DNA of 64,000 nucleotides from an uncultured delta proteobacterium (lineage in GTDB: Bacteria; Desulfobacterota; Desulfobacteria; Desulfobacterales; QNYZ01). This document shows positions 41,804 to 52,984 of the stretch, one piece after another. The notes beneath the pieces are model-generated. The model worked only from the letters and a program-made list of their open reading frames with translations. It did no database searches and had not been told where the DNA came from. A program made the position numbers and the translations under genes. Location: NCBI GenBank assembly GCA_963845145.1, contig CAWJQU010000013.1:64001-128000 (forward strand), given 5' to 3'. Position 1 is the stretch's first letter; each line of letters begins with the position of its first letter.

Positions 41804-43468
41804 TTACATCTGTTCCGGCGCGCTGACCCCTAGCAAGGTCAGCCCGTTGCGGATCACTTTTTTGACAGCGGCCACCAAGTAAAGCCGACCTGCAGTTACC
41901 ATCTGGTCATCGCTCAATACACGATGTTTATTATAATAGGCATGAAACGCTGCGGCAAGGTCTATCAAGTAAAAGGCGATCCGGTGGGGGGCCATTTCTT
42001 TGGCACTGAGCAAGATGACTTCGGGAAAACGGTCCATTCGCTTCATTAACCCGATTTCTTCTTTGGCGGTTAATTTTGAAATTGCATCAGGGCTGTATGC
42101 TACCGGCGCCAAATTTTCCTTTTTACTTTTTAAAATGATGCTGGCGATGCGAGCGTGAACATACTGAACATAATAGACTGGATTGTCGTTCGTTTTTTGT
42201 TTGGCAACCTCGAGATCGAAATCCAGGGCGCTGTCGGAATGGCGGGTTAAAAAAATAAATCGGGCCGCATCGCGACCAACTTCTGCAAGGACATCACCGA
42301 GGGTGACAAATTCACCGGCGCGGGTTGACATGGCGACCGGTTCGCCGGCGCGTAGTAGGTTAACCAGGCGGACGAGAATAACGTCGAACTGCTCCCGATT
42401 TTTTCCTAGGGCTTCCACAATGGCCCTCATGCGAGGAATATATCCGTGATGATCGGCGCCCCATATATCAATTACCCGGTCAAATCCTCTCGAATACTTA
42501 TCCTCATGATAAGCGATGTCTGAAGCGAAATAGGTCGTCAGGCCATTTTTTCGAACGACAACGCGATCTTTCTCGTCTCCGAAAAGAGTGGTGCGAAACC
42601 ACAGGGCCTCATCCTCACGATAGATCAAATCGCGCGATAGAAGATCGTCAATAACACGATCAACTTTACCGTCGTCGTGGAGCGATTGTTCGCTGTACCA
42701 GCAGTCGTATTGGACCCCAAACCTCTCTAAATCGGCACGGATTCCGGCGAGGATTTCATCCGCAGCAAAACGCGCACAACGGCCAATGGCCTCTGTTTCG
42801 GGCATGGTTTTCAATGTTTCGCCTTCTTGCGAGTCTATCTGTCGGGCCAAATCGACGATGTAGTCACCCTGATAACATGCATCGGGAAATGAAATCTTTT
42901 GCCCATGAAGATCCAAAAAGCGTAAATAGACGGATTTTCCCAACGTATGAATCTGACGGCCCGAATCGTTGATATAATACTCCCGCTGGACTTCATAGCC
43001 ACAGAACGATAAAATAGCAGCCAGACTATCTCCCACGGCTGCCCCGCGACCATGTCCAACATGGAGCGGGCCGGTAGGGTTGGCGCTGACGAATTCTACC
43101 TGAATTTTTCGATTGCGGCCGAAACAGGATGCCCCGTATTTTTTATCCTCTTGATGGACAGCTTTCAGAATCGGATGCCAGGCCGAGGGTTCGATGTGAA
43201 AGTTGATAAAACCAGGTCCTGCAATTTCAATATCGGCAATGATCTTGTCGGTGTCTTTTATCTCAGCGACAATTACTTCTGCTATTTTTCGCGGGGACAT
43301 TTTTTGAATCGCAGCCGACATCATCGCAAAGCTGGTGGAATAATCGCCCTGTGTTTGGTGCTTAGGCTCTTCTATCAACACTTCCGGGAAGTTTTCGAAA
43401 GGAATATTCTTTTTGTCATAGGCGCTTTTAGCTGCGCTCAGTATTAATTGTTTTAATTTTGATTTCAT
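41804..43468 (-). CDS. argS: Arginine-tRNA ligase
   Basis: SANPTGPLHVGH, GADHHGY, MSTRAG, YVQYVHAR, APEQM. Confidence 0.97.
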   Translation of the reverse strand: MKSKLKQLILSAAKSAYDKKNIPFENFPEVLIEEPKHQTQGDYSTSFAMMSAAIQKMSPRKIAEVIVAEIKDTDKIIADIEIAGPGFINFHIEPSAWHPILKAVHQEDKKYGASCFGRNRKIQVEFVSANPTGPLHVGHGRGAAVGDSLAAILSFCGYEVQREYYINDSGRQIHTLGKSVYLRFLDLHGQKISFPDACYQGDYIVDLARQIDSQEGETLKTMPETEAIGRCARFAADEILAGIRADLERFGVQYDCWYSEQSLHDDGKVDRVIDDLLSRDLIYREDEALWFRTTLFGDEKDRVVVRKNGLTTYFASDIAYHEDKYSRGFDRVIDIWGADHHGYIPRMRAIVEALGKNREQFDVILVRLVNLLRAGEPVAMSTRAGEFVTLGDVLAEVGRDAARFIFLTRHSDSALDFDLEVAKQKTNDNPVYYVQYVHARIASIILKSKKENLAPVAYSPDAISKLTAKEEIGLMKRMDRFPEVILLSAKEMAPHRIAFYLIDLAAAFHAYYNKHRVLSDDQMVTAGRLYLVAAVKKVIRNGLTLLGVSAPEQM

Positions 43469-43604
43469 AATAAATTATACTTTCTTGTTCGGAAAAGGCC
43501 CCTACATAATGAGTCTGAGGTTACAAAGTCAACACCTGAAAATAAAAAAAATATAATTAGAAGAAAATAAAGAGTAAAGCAAATAAAGAAAATAAAAAAA
43601 ACAC

Positions 43605-43632
43605 TTTACAAATCAAATTGACTTATTATAAT
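43605..43632 (+). promoter_or_regulatory. Sigma70 promoter with an A-rich UP element
   Basis: TTTACA-N16-TATAAT after a long A-rich tract. Confidence 0.55.
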
Positions 43633-43675
43633 ACCATCTTTAACCAAATCTCTTTAATAAAGGAGGAAAGTCGTA

Positions 43676-44119
43676 ATGAAAGAAATTGACATGATTCTTA
43701 AGAGCTTGTCTGATGGTTTGAAAGCAGTTGCCAAAAGCGTAGAAGCTGCCGCCAAACAGGTAGAATCGCTTTCTAAAACCAGGACAAAAAAAGCGACAGC
43801 CCCGGCTGCAAAGAAAGTTGTAAAACGAAAACCAGCCGCCAAACCCGCTGCCAAAAAGACAGCCAAAAAACCTGTAGCCCGAAAAACTGCAGCAAAGAAG
43901 CCCGTAGCAAAAAAGCCGGTGGTGAAGAAAACAGCTAAGCGCGTCACAGCGGTAGATACGGTTTTCACGTGTATTTCACAATCTCGCAAAGGTGTGTCGG
44001 TCACTGAGATTAAAACCAAGACCGGGTTTAATGACAAGAAGATCGCCAATATCGTTTACAAGCTCAAACAACAGGGAAAAATTGCGAGTGCGGCAAAAGG
44101 TATTTATAAAAAGGCCTGA
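43676..44119 (+). CDS. Lys/Ala-rich histone H1-like nucleoid protein with a C-terminal winged-helix-like region
   Basis: Repeated AAKK/KKPVA units, C-terminal LKQQGKI..KGIY, RBS AAGGAGG. Confidence 0.75.
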   Translation: MKEIDMILKSLSDGLKAVAKSVEAAAKQVESLSKTRTKKATAPAAKKVVKRKPAAKPAAKKTAKKPVARKTAAKKPVAKKPVVKKTAKRVTAVDTVFTCISQSRKGVSVTEIKTKTGFNDKKIANIVYKLKQQGKIASAAKGIYKKA

Positions 44120-44150
44120 TTGCTCTCACCATAAATTAGCTTTTCTGTCG

Positions 44151-44195
44151 ATGCGACCGATTCCTGGAAGAAAAAAGGATCGGTCGCATTGTTTT
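44151..44195 (+). terminator. Stem-loop terminator
   Basis: ATGCGACCGAT..ATCGGTCGCAT followed by TGTTTT. Confidence 0.7.
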
Positions 44196-44325
44196 AGGCA
44201 CATTGATTACAATGGCCGTTTCTAAAATGATATTAACCTTTACTGACAGAACCATTTCCTGAGAAGGCAAACAATATTGACAAAAGCAAGTATATAGCAT
44301 GATCTCTTCACCCCCCATAACAACT

Positions 44326-45537
44326 TCACACTGCCAATCGCTTCGAACGTAAAATCCATGCCATCAGCAATCCGGTAATAAAGGCTATGGCCAGATTCGA
44401 TCCGAGGGTAATGCCCAGCATCATCAAAGTAACAAATAACTCTGTCCGTTTCCTTACATCTATAATTGTCATGGCCAATTGTGTGCCGGCGAAAACGAGA
44501 AGTACCCCCAAAATGGCGATGGGGATTAAGCGGGAAACGATAACAACCTGCTTGCCCAACAGGAGCGCCAAGGAAATAAATATCACTCCGATGATTAAAT
44601 TAGACCCGGCCGTCCGGGCACCAAACCGATAGTGGGCTGCCAATCCTCCCGCGCCATGGCATAAGGGCATTCCGCCGATAAAAAAACTGAAAAAATTAGC
44701 CAGGGCCATGCTGATACAGACACGGCGATAGGTTACGGAAGATGATGCCTCCTGAAAGTAATCTTTTGACAAATCGACGTAGGCGATCACTGCATTGCCC
44801 AATGTCATCGGTATTTGTGGAAGAACGAGCAGGACGAGGGCCATAGAAAAATCCATTGCGCGAGGCCAGCCAAAAGGTAGAATCGTTGGTAGATTCAGGC
44901 CGAAGCCAAGCGATTTAATCTCGGTGTTGGCGCTGAATATCAAACCGACGGCAATGCCACCCCCAATCACCACCAGACTTGCGGGTAGTTTCTTATTATC
45001 TAATAAAAGCAACGTAAGAACAATGCCCGTAACGCCAAGGGCTATTCCAATGGGAATCGGCCCCAAACTGGAAATAGACAGATAGGGCTCTGCCGCCTTT
45101 TGCAACGTTTGATAATGAGAAGTCCCCATAATGAATAAAATGCCCTGGCGAATGAGCAAAGCGCCGGTGGACAGCTGGACACCTCTGACAACCGATTTGG
45201 GTGTATATTGGCTGATTTTTGAAATGATGCCAGTGGCACCAATAAATAGAAGACAAACGCCGATTATGAGTGATGCTGCGAGCACGGGTGCCGGATCCAA
45301 ACCTGTGGTAATGGCGTAGGCGCCGATTATTTTCATTGGTTGAACCGGTACGGTCACCCCGTAGTAGAGGCCGGACAAAATGTAAAATAACCCGATGCTG
45401 AAAAAAACCCCGATAGGACTCAGGCCGTTAATCAGTATCATTCCTAATGCTAAGGGCAGTAGCGTGCCAAGGTCGCCTAAAGAGCCTGCCAATTCCAGGC
45501 GATCAAAGCGATAGCGGGTATTTTGCTGATTATTCAT
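44326..45537 (-). CDS. Sulfate/molybdate transporter (MOT1-like)
   Basis: ELAGSLGDLGTLLP, PVQPMK, PLCHGAGGLAAHYRFGART. Confidence 0.88.
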   Translation of the reverse strand: MNNQQNTRYRFDRLELAGSLGDLGTLLPLALGMILINGLSPIGVFFSIGLFYILSGLYYGVTVPVQPMKIIGAYAITTGLDPAPVLAASLIIGVCLLFIGATGIISKISQYTPKSVVRGVQLSTGALLIRQGILFIMGTSHYQTLQKAAEPYLSISSLGPIPIGIALGVTGIVLTLLLLDNKKLPASLVVIGGGIAVGLIFSANTEIKSLGFGLNLPTILPFGWPRAMDFSMALVLLVLPQIPMTLGNAVIAYVDLSKDYFQEASSSVTYRRVCISMALANFFSFFIGGMPLCHGAGGLAAHYRFGARTAGSNLIIGVIFISLALLLGKQVVIVSRLIPIAILGVLLVFAGTQLAMTIIDVRKRTELFVTLMMLGITLGSNLAIAFITGLLMAWILRSKRLAV

Positions 45538-47351
45538 TTTATTATCTTCTTTGTTTGTCTTTCAAACAATTGCGCATATTTTCCACAACCCTTTACGAGT
45601 GATTCATGGGAGCCATCTTCAACGATATTACCATTTTTCAACACAAGAATCCGGTCGGCCATGCGGACGGTTGACAATCGGTGGCTGATTAAAACGGCGC
45701 TACGGTCCTGGAGCAGTCGATGTAGTTTTTTCAAAAAATCATATTCACTCTTTGGATCCAAAGCGTGCGTAGGCTCATCAAGAATAAAAAGTTGCGCTTT
45801 TCGAAATAACATTCTTGCCAAGGCAATTTTCTGCCATTGTCCAATACTGAGCTCTCGGCCCTTATTAAATGATTTCCCGAGCATGGCGTCGTATCCACCG
45901 GGCAATTCGGCGATCATCGTATCCGCCCCGGCCTGTTGTGCTGCGGCCCGAATTGACTCGCATTTGGGAGGCTGCAAGATATCACCGAACCAAATGTTTT
46001 CTTGGGCTGAAAAATAGTATTGAATGTAGTCCTGAAAAATTACACTGATCTCACGGCACCAATCGGTAGGATTGAACTGTCGCAGATCGATACCATCAAT
46101 GGTAATGCGCCCTTCTTGCGGGTCGTAAAGCCGGCAAAGCAATTTGGCAAGGGTTGTTTTTCCCGACCCGTTCTCGCCAACGAGGGCCACAATTGCACCC
46201 GGTGCAATACTCACAGAAAGCCCATCTAAAACTTTTTTTTGGCTGCCTGGGTAGGTAAAACCAACATTCTCAAACACGATTCCTTTTTTTATCGGCCTTG
46301 GAATGGCAGGTGCATTGGGCCTCTTCCGAATCGATGGTTCAAGATCCAAAAAGTCGTAAAAATTGGTTAGAAAAAGGTTGTCTTCGTAAAATCCGGATAG
46401 GCTTCCCAATAGATTTCTCAGGTTATTTAGGCCGAGGCGAAAGGCCTGTAAAAACATAACCATCTCCCCTATGCTGATTCGGCCATAAACAGCCCGATAG
46501 GCAATCCATGCAAAGGACCCAAAAATTGCCAGGGTTGCTGCGGTTTCGGCAGCGAAATCGGCTGTCGTGCGACGCTTAGTGATCGTGAGTTTTTCCTTGC
46601 GCAGTGTTTCACGTAATTGGCTGTAACGTTTGATGAATAGATCGCCCAACCCAAACGATCGGATCTCCTTGGCATGCGTATCGCCGGTCAAGACCCAATT
46701 AATGTACGCTGCCTTTCTTTCATACGATGTTCGGTCGCGCTGCCAGTGATACAATTGGTGGGAAAATAGCAGGCGGACGATCAGGCCCGGAAGCGCAGCG
46801 AATAGCAGTATGAACCCCACGATCCAGTTAAAGGAGAACAGCAACCCAACCATGGCGACAAGGGAGATACTATTCTGAAAAAGCTGCGTCATCCCATTGA
46901 CAATTCGTGTCGGTCGATAGGCGCCTTCCTGTTGAGCCCTTCTCAGGGTATCGAAAAAATCGGGGTTTTCGTAGTAAACGAAATCAATATCGACCGATTT
47001 ACGCTGTAGCATTTTAGAAATGTTATCGGACACGGCTAACGATTGGGCTTCCAATGTATAAGTGGCTGCTGATTGAAACAGGCTTGCCAAAATTGCGATA
47101 CCGGCGGCAAGACCGATCCAAAGGCCCACTTGATGGAAGCTGGTTGACGGGTCGGGCGTTGTCAGGGCCATGGAAACGCTATCGATAACCAACTTTATTA
47201 TATAAAGGGATAATAAAGGTAAAACGCCTTGCGCAGAGACTAAGATGAGATTGACCAGCGTCCATTTCGGAGCGGCATTGAAGACGAATCTGATTGCACG
47301 ATTCAGTTGAAGGGCCTGTCGAATCTTTTGGTTGATAGAAGGCCGGCGCAT
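45534..47351 (-). CDS. ABC exporter, fused permease/ATPase
   Basis: TM domain plus GENGSGKT, LSIGQWQK, LDEPT, SHRL. Confidence 0.92.
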   Translation of the reverse strand: MRRPSINQKIRQALQLNRAIRFVFNAAPKWTLVNLILVSAQGVLPLLSLYIIKLVIDSVSMALTTPDPSTSFHQVGLWIGLAAGIAILASLFQSAATYTLEAQSLAVSDNISKMLQRKSVDIDFVYYENPDFFDTLRRAQQEGAYRPTRIVNGMTQLFQNSISLVAMVGLLFSFNWIVGFILLFAALPGLIVRLLFSHQLYHWQRDRTSYERKAAYINWVLTGDTHAKEIRSFGLGDLFIKRYSQLRETLRKEKLTITKRRTTADFAAETAATLAIFGSFAWIAYRAVYGRISIGEMVMFLQAFRLGLNNLRNLLGSLSGFYEDNLFLTNFYDFLDLEPSIRKRPNAPAIPRPIKKGIVFENVGFTYPGSQKKVLDGLSVSIAPGAIVALVGENGSGKTTLAKLLCRLYDPQEGRITIDGIDLRQFNPTDWCREISVIFQDYIQYYFSAQENIWFGDILQPPKCESIRAAAQQAGADTMIAELPGGYDAMLGKSFNKGRELSIGQWQKIALARMLFRKAQLFILDEPTHALDPKSEYDFLKKLHRLLQDRSAVLISHRLSTVRMADRILVLKNGNIVEDGSHESLVKGCGKYAQLFERQTKKIIK

Positions 47352-47359
47352 TTATTTAG

Positions 47360-49720
47360 TTAACATTGGTTTAATAACATCTGGTCGAGTCGACGCTTGG
47401 CGTGACGATTTTTTGGATCTAAACGTAAAACGCTTTGATACGCTTTTACCGCTTGGTCGATATTGTCGATACGTTCATATAATCCTGCTACTTTCAAGAA
47501 TAATTGAGGGTTTGACGGTAAGTATTCCAAGGCTTTATTCAGAACTTCGATGGCGTCCTCAAAGCGATCGTTTCGTAGATAAAACTGATACACTTTTTCG
47601 AAATATGCGCTTTTTACGGTCTTCTCGTTGTTGATGAATTGGAGGGCGCGGCGATAGCTTTCCTCCGCCATATCCGTTTTACCGGTTTGGCGAAGGAAGT
47701 CTGCGAATTGAAGATGGGGTTCGACCCTGTCTGGAATAGCCAATTGCATCTCCGATTCGGACAATCCATTAATGACCATGAGTGTCAGGCCATCAGCCAC
47801 GTTACGTGTATCAAGTGCAATGGCTTGTTTCAGATGGGCTAAGGCATCCGGCACACGGGTGCGGGATAAAAGCCAGGCGGCGTAGCTAAGGTATTTTTCG
47901 GATTCGCTCGGATGGTAATCGATGTTGGCCTGGTACAGCTTTTCCGCGGCATCGAATTGTTCTTTCTCGGAGAGTATTTTTGCCAAGCGTTGAATATATT
48001 CTCCGCGAGAGGGGTTCAACCTCAGGGCGGCCCGGTACTGCTTTTGAGCCAATTCGTCATTACCCCCAAACGTTTCTATGTTGGCAAGGGCATACCGATA
48101 TTTCGCTTCCAGCGGATCAAACCGAGAGGCTAGAAGGGCTCGGTGGCGGACAGTTTCCAAGGTTTCAGCGGAAAGTTGTTTTCCCAACCGCACCCCCTTG
48201 ATGGATGTGTAATTTATCTCACCCAAGAGCCCGGATATATTTATGACGATCAGGGTCAATAGGATGCCGATGCCTGAAAGCACATGAACTCTCGACAAGG
48301 GAAGATGGATGGGGACTAGGTTCGTGTCTTTTTTTCGGTAGCTGATTCTTGTATTTGCTGCGGATACATTCAGCCCCATGAGAAAGAAGAGGTAAAGGCC
48401 GTTAGCGCCAATATGCAAATTAAAATCCAGCAGGCCATGGAAGAAGATCGAAATGATACCGGCCAAGGTGCCCAAATAGAGATAAATTGAAAACGTATCC
48501 TTTCTTTTTCGAAATGCCGTTAATGACCTGTAAAAAAAAACCAGAAAAATCCAGAAAACCAACAATGCGCCGATGGTTCCCCCTTCAGCCAATAACTCTA
48601 GATAATCATTTTCTGCATGCCGGACAATTAAGTCGCCGGAAAAGTGGCTGTATTTTGGGTATATATATTCAAACGTTCCGAAACCGGAACCGGTTGCAGG
48701 GAAATCTTTGGCGATGTTGAAGGTATCTTCCCATATTGTTAATCGTTGACCGGAGATGCCGCCATCCGCGGTGTGAATCGAGTCGAAACGTTCAAAGACA
48801 GGTGCCCACCCCAACCACCCTAAGAATAAAACCAAGATGGAAATACAGGTGATCACTAAAAACCCTTTACCATGGGCCGGTTTTGTCGTCACGATTATAA
48901 CAGCAAAAAAAACGGCGACCAGGCAAAGACTGATAATGCCGCCCCGCGATAAAGTCATTATAATGGACAGCGAAGTTATAAAAGCCAACAGACCCAAAAG
49001 GATATAGGTGTTGGTTCGTTCTTCCGTGATAATGTTGACCCATTTTTCGCGGAAGGATCGGTTGTCGCCTTTGGGTGTATAATAAAGGAACATGCTGAAA
49101 ATGATTGGAAAAACCATCCCCATCCAGCCGGCATAGTGATTCCGGTTGACATAAGGCCCAAAGGGCGAGCCCCCCTGGGTCAACTCTCTAAACCAAAAAA
49201 TCTTTCTTCCGCTACCAGGTGCTGTTGTGAAGTGCTGAACCATTGCCAGGATGGCTAAAAGTCCTGCAAATATTATGACGATACGGATGGTCGTTTTAAT
49301 AAATGTTCTTTTTGTCAGCAGCTGAACGGCCAGTATATAAAAGGCCACATAGGCTGAAAAACGAAAAAACTCGGACAAGGTCCCCCGCGGATGAATGGTC
49401 AGCGGAATCCATCCCGGTGGATCAATACTTCCCATGGTTTCTACATAAAGCTGGTGGGTTGCCGGTGATATCAGTTTAACCAGGAACAACGGCAAGGGGA
49501 TCATTTGTATTAAAAGATAGCCCAGCAAGCAAAGCAGCGGGACCAGGGCGGGGACTTGATATACCGGATCTTTATGTAAATAGATTGATAACAAAAACAG
49601 TAAGGAGATAAAAAAAGTAAGTGATTCCATTAACGTGAGGGACCACGTCTCTACCGTACCGAATGATAGCGGTGCGAAAATCAGGATGAAGAGAAAAATG
49701 GTTGTAATAGATCGGTTCAT
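47360..49720 (-). CDS. O-antigen ligase/Wzy_C family membrane protein with TPR repeats
   Basis: NRNHYAG, SRGG, GSGFGTF, HAENDYLE; C-terminal TPRs. Confidence 0.88.
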   Translation of the reverse strand: MNRSITTIFLFILIFAPLSFGTVETWSLTLMESLTFFISLLFLLSIYLHKDPVYQVPALVPLLCLLGYLLIQMIPLPLFLVKLISPATHQLYVETMGSIDPPGWIPLTIHPRGTLSEFFRFSAYVAFYILAVQLLTKRTFIKTTIRIVIIFAGLLAILAMVQHFTTAPGSGRKIFWFRELTQGGSPFGPYVNRNHYAGWMGMVFPIIFSMFLYYTPKGDNRSFREKWVNIITEERTNTYILLGLLAFITSLSIIMTLSRGGIISLCLVAVFFAVIIVTTKPAHGKGFLVITCISILVLFLGWLGWAPVFERFDSIHTADGGISGQRLTIWEDTFNIAKDFPATGSGFGTFEYIYPKYSHFSGDLIVRHAENDYLELLAEGGTIGALLVFWIFLVFFYRSLTAFRKRKDTFSIYLYLGTLAGIISIFFHGLLDFNLHIGANGLYLFFLMGLNVSAANTRISYRKKDTNLVPIHLPLSRVHVLSGIGILLTLIVINISGLLGEINYTSIKGVRLGKQLSAETLETVRHRALLASRFDPLEAKYRYALANIETFGGNDELAQKQYRAALRLNPSRGEYIQRLAKILSEKEQFDAAEKLYQANIDYHPSESEKYLSYAAWLLSRTRVPDALAHLKQAIALDTRNVADGLTLMVINGLSESEMQLAIPDRVEPHLQFADFLRQTGKTDMAEESYRRALQFINNEKTVKSAYFEKVYQFYLRNDRFEDAIEVLNKALEYLPSNPQLFLKVAGLYERIDNIDQAVKAYQSVLRLDPKNRHAKRRLDQMLLNQC

Positions 49721-49808
49721 TTGGGCGGAATCAAAACCCTATCCAATAAGGTTTGATAAGAAGGGCGCGTATTTAAAAGAAGGTTGGAGACGTTGATACT
49801 TTTGTATC

Positions 49809-52007
49809 TCAATCCGAAGTGTAAGATTGATAATACTGGTGATACCCGTAATTATAATAGGCGTTCTTTTTAATATCAACGCCATTCAGAATTGTCCCGA
49901 TAATCCGGGCATCCACATCGGACAGCGCTTTTACGCCCCGGTTGACAATCTCATAGGTCGATTTTCCTGATTTAATGACCATTAACACCCCGTCAACCAC
50001 CTTACTAAGCAGCAATGCATCCGCTACGGGAAGGACGGGCGGGCCATCGATGACGATGAAATCAAATTTATCACGTAAAGAATTAATCAGCTCTTTCATC
50101 AACCCGGCGCTTAACAATTCAGAGGGGTTAGGCGGAATGGGGCCGGCAGAAATGCAATAAAGGTTCGGGACCGGACCCTGTTGAATAATGTCTTTGTTCT
50201 TGTTGGGCATGCCGGCCAAAAAAGTGCTCAATCCGTATGAACCATCAAGATCAAAAACCGTATCGATGCGTGGTTTTCTCAAATCGGCATCAACGATCAG
50301 GACTTTAGTAGCCGCCTGGGCGGCCAGCGTTACGGCCAAGTTGATGGCCGTTGTCGTTTTGCCTTCTCCGGCCGAGGTGCTGGTGATAAGCAGGGTCTTG
50401 GGTGCTTTTTCAGCGGAAGAGAGTAAAATGCCCGTTCGAATCGTCTTATAGGTTTCGGAAAATGAGGTGGAAGGGGCATCGATCACCGCATTTTCGGGGT
50501 CTTTTTCTTTGGGCTTTAATTGCGGAACCATACCCAGCACGGAAAGTCCGAAACGATTTTCGATTTCGTCCGGACTTTTTACCGTCTGATCCAGATATTC
50601 CAGAAAAAATGATAGTCCTATCCCACCTAAAAGGCCGATGACAAGGCCTAACATCATGCGTTGTTTGTGGCGTTGATTCGATGGATTGTTCGGTGTTTTC
50701 GCCTTTTCGATGATCCATATGTCTACCGACTGGGCTTGATCGGTAATACTTTGTTCCTTGATCTTCTTTATTAGCGCATCATATAAAAAGCGATTGGTTT
50801 CAATTTCTCTTTTGAGAATGCCCAATTGAATATTTTTTTCATTAAAACGAGCGTTCTCTCGCTTTGTATTCTCCAGAATGTTTCGCAGCGTTGTCTCGCT
50901 GGATCGGGCCAGGTCGTATTCATTTTTTATTGATTGTATAATCCGTTGAATCTCTTTCTTTCTTTTCTCTTCCAACTTGTTCAAGTCAGCGACGGCCCGC
51001 TTGATCACCGGATGTTTGGGGCCGTATTTTTTTGACAGTTCCGTAATTTTCTGATCCGCTGTAAGGATCTGGGTCCGAATGGATTGAAGGGTCGCATTGG
51101 CGGCGATCACATGAATGGTTTCAGCGTCATCCCGTTTTTTAGACAATTGGCTGATTTGGGTGTTTAAAGCTTGTAGCTCCTTGCGTTTGACTTCAGCTTT
51201 TGTCAGCTGGGTACTTATTTCATTCAGTCTATCAGGGGTGATGGCCACGCGGTCTTCAATGGTAATGATATTTTCATTGCGCATATACGTTTGCAGCGCG
51301 ATCTCTTTTTCTTCGAGTTTCATCCGTTCTTGTTCGGCTTTTTCCGTCATCCAGGCGATGGTTTGCCGGGAAGCGGCCATTTTCATCTCAAGCGTTACTT
51401 CGATGTATGCCTGGGAAACCGCATTCACGACCTGCGCGGAAAATTTCGGATTGGCGGAGGTAAACCGGATGGCCACGATATCGCTTTCTTCAACCGGTTC
51501 GATAACGATACCGTTTCGAATCATCTGAATGTGGCCTTCCACTTGCTGCAACGCTTCGTCCTGGGTGTTACCGTTGGGATTAGCGTTTACCTCCTGATCG
51601 TTTGGATCCGTTTCTCCCATCCCCACCACTTTTGTGACCAGAGTATAGAACCCTTTGTACCACGGCAGGGGTTTATCTTTTTGTGGGTGGCCAAAATAGG
51701 AGGCATAGGTATTTTTAAGATCAAGGGCTTTAACTACTTTTTGGGAAACCGGTTCGCTTTTTATTATTTGTGACTGGGTGGAAAGAAATTCCGGGTCGTA
51801 TGAGCCCCCGTAGCGATAATTGGCCATCAGGGGATTTTCATCATTTTTTTGAATCAGGACCTTGGCGGCGGCGGTATAGACCGGAATTGTATTCAAGCTC
51901 AATAATAGCGTAACGACAACGATCACGATGAAAAAGGTAAAAACGGTATACCTTCGTTTCAAAATGACCCGTAAATAACTGGTTAAGTGAGTATTGTTTT
52001 CGACCAT
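49809..52007 (-). CDS. wzc: Wzc/GumC polysaccharide co-polymerase tyrosine kinase
   Basis: Two TMs, coiled coil, GEGKTT, DADLRKP, Tyr-rich tail. Confidence 0.93.
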   Translation of the reverse strand: MVENNTHLTSYLRVILKRRYTVFTFFIVIVVVTLLLSLNTIPVYTAAAKVLIQKNDENPLMANYRYGGSYDPEFLSTQSQIIKSEPVSQKVVKALDLKNTYASYFGHPQKDKPLPWYKGFYTLVTKVVGMGETDPNDQEVNANPNGNTQDEALQQVEGHIQMIRNGIVIEPVEESDIVAIRFTSANPKFSAQVVNAVSQAYIEVTLEMKMAASRQTIAWMTEKAEQERMKLEEKEIALQTYMRNENIITIEDRVAITPDRLNEISTQLTKAEVKRKELQALNTQISQLSKKRDDAETIHVIAANATLQSIRTQILTADQKITELSKKYGPKHPVIKRAVADLNKLEEKRKKEIQRIIQSIKNEYDLARSSETTLRNILENTKRENARFNEKNIQLGILKREIETNRFLYDALIKKIKEQSITDQAQSVDIWIIEKAKTPNNPSNQRHKQRMMLGLVIGLLGGIGLSFFLEYLDQTVKSPDEIENRFGLSVLGMVPQLKPKEKDPENAVIDAPSTSFSETYKTIRTGILLSSAEKAPKTLLITSTSAGEGKTTTAINLAVTLAAQAATKVLIVDADLRKPRIDTVFDLDGSYGLSTFLAGMPNKNKDIIQQGPVPNLYCISAGPIPPNPSELLSAGLMKELINSLRDKFDFIVIDGPPVLPVADALLLSKVVDGVLMVIKSGKSTYEIVNRGVKALSDVDARIIGTILNGVDIKKNAYYNYGYHQYYQSYTSD

Positions 52008-52010
52008 GGC

Positions 52011-52808
52011 TTAGAAGAAGCTCTCCGGGACAACGATGACATCATTGGGTAAAATCGGCTCGTTCATGGATACACGGGTTAGAACCTTTTTGCCGTCATC
52101 GGTCTTGCGAATGATTTTGATTTTAGAGGGGGCGGCCGTTGCCGTGAATCCGCCGGCTTTGGTCACTGCCTGAATGACCGTTATATCTCCATCCAGATTA
52201 AATTCATCGGGTTTTTTTACTTCGCCGGTCACATAGTATACTTCTGAGGCTGTGATGTAGATACTGTCACCACCCACAATTTGAATGTTGCGGGATTCAT
52301 CGCCCCGCTCGATCAAACTTTTTAGATCAATGGTGATTATCTCTTCTTTTCTGTTCGAGGCTTCAGCGGATTTTCTTTTGATAATAGCTTGTTTTCCTGC
52401 TTCTTGCGTTAAACCGCCGGCCTGGGAGATTAGCTCCAGCAAAGTAGTGTGCTGGCGAAGTTCGTATAGGCCCGGGCGATTGATCCGGCCTAATATCGTG
52501 GCTTTATTACTTCTGAATTCGTGGATGAATATATTGACTTGGGGATTGACGATGTACCCGTCCGCCAATAGTGTGGTGATATTTTCAGCGATTCGACTTA
52601 AAGGGAGGCCTTTGACCTGTACGTCGCCGATCAAAGGAACCGTGATGGCACCCTCGCCACTCACCCTCACCGTAAGCGTTAAGTCGGCATGTTCGTAGAC
52701 GGTTAGCTTTAAGACATCGCCTTCGCCGACAATATAGTCGTCTGTGGCGGCAATAACGGATGTTGATAAAAGAAAAATGATGGCTGCAATAGTGAATAAT
52801 CGTATCAT
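52011..52808 (-). CDS. Polysaccharide export protein (Wza/SLBB)
   Basis: Poly_export motif GAITVPLIG; two SLBB (AGG) repeats. Confidence 0.9.
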   Translation of the reverse strand: MIRLFTIAAIIFLLSTSVIAATDDYIVGEGDVLKLTVYEHADLTLTVRVSGEGAITVPLIGDVQVKGLPLSRIAENITTLLADGYIVNPQVNIFIHEFRSNKATILGRINRPGLYELRQHTTLLELISQAGGLTQEAGKQAIIKRKSAEASNRKEEIITIDLKSLIERGDESRNIQIVGGDSIYITASEVYYVTGEVKKPDEFNLDGDITVIQAVTKAGGFTATAAPSKIKIIRKTDDGKKVLTRVSMNEPILPNDVIVVPESFF

Positions 52809-52984
52809 TAGGGTGGCTGTCTTTGAAGCTGTTGATGCCCCAATCGCTTTTTTCGCTAAATACAGTACGCGAATAATTATCGAATTTATTGGATTATTAG
52901 GGGCCTATGGATAAATCCTTCTAACACAGATAGCTTGATGCCGGCAAGTTTTCCCAAAAGTCCGGGTGGCTTTTTATAAAAGGT

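Noticed and set aside
43790..43945. Short imperfect DNA repeats
   Set aside because: They encode the KKPAA-type protein repeats; not a CRISPR array or VNTR.
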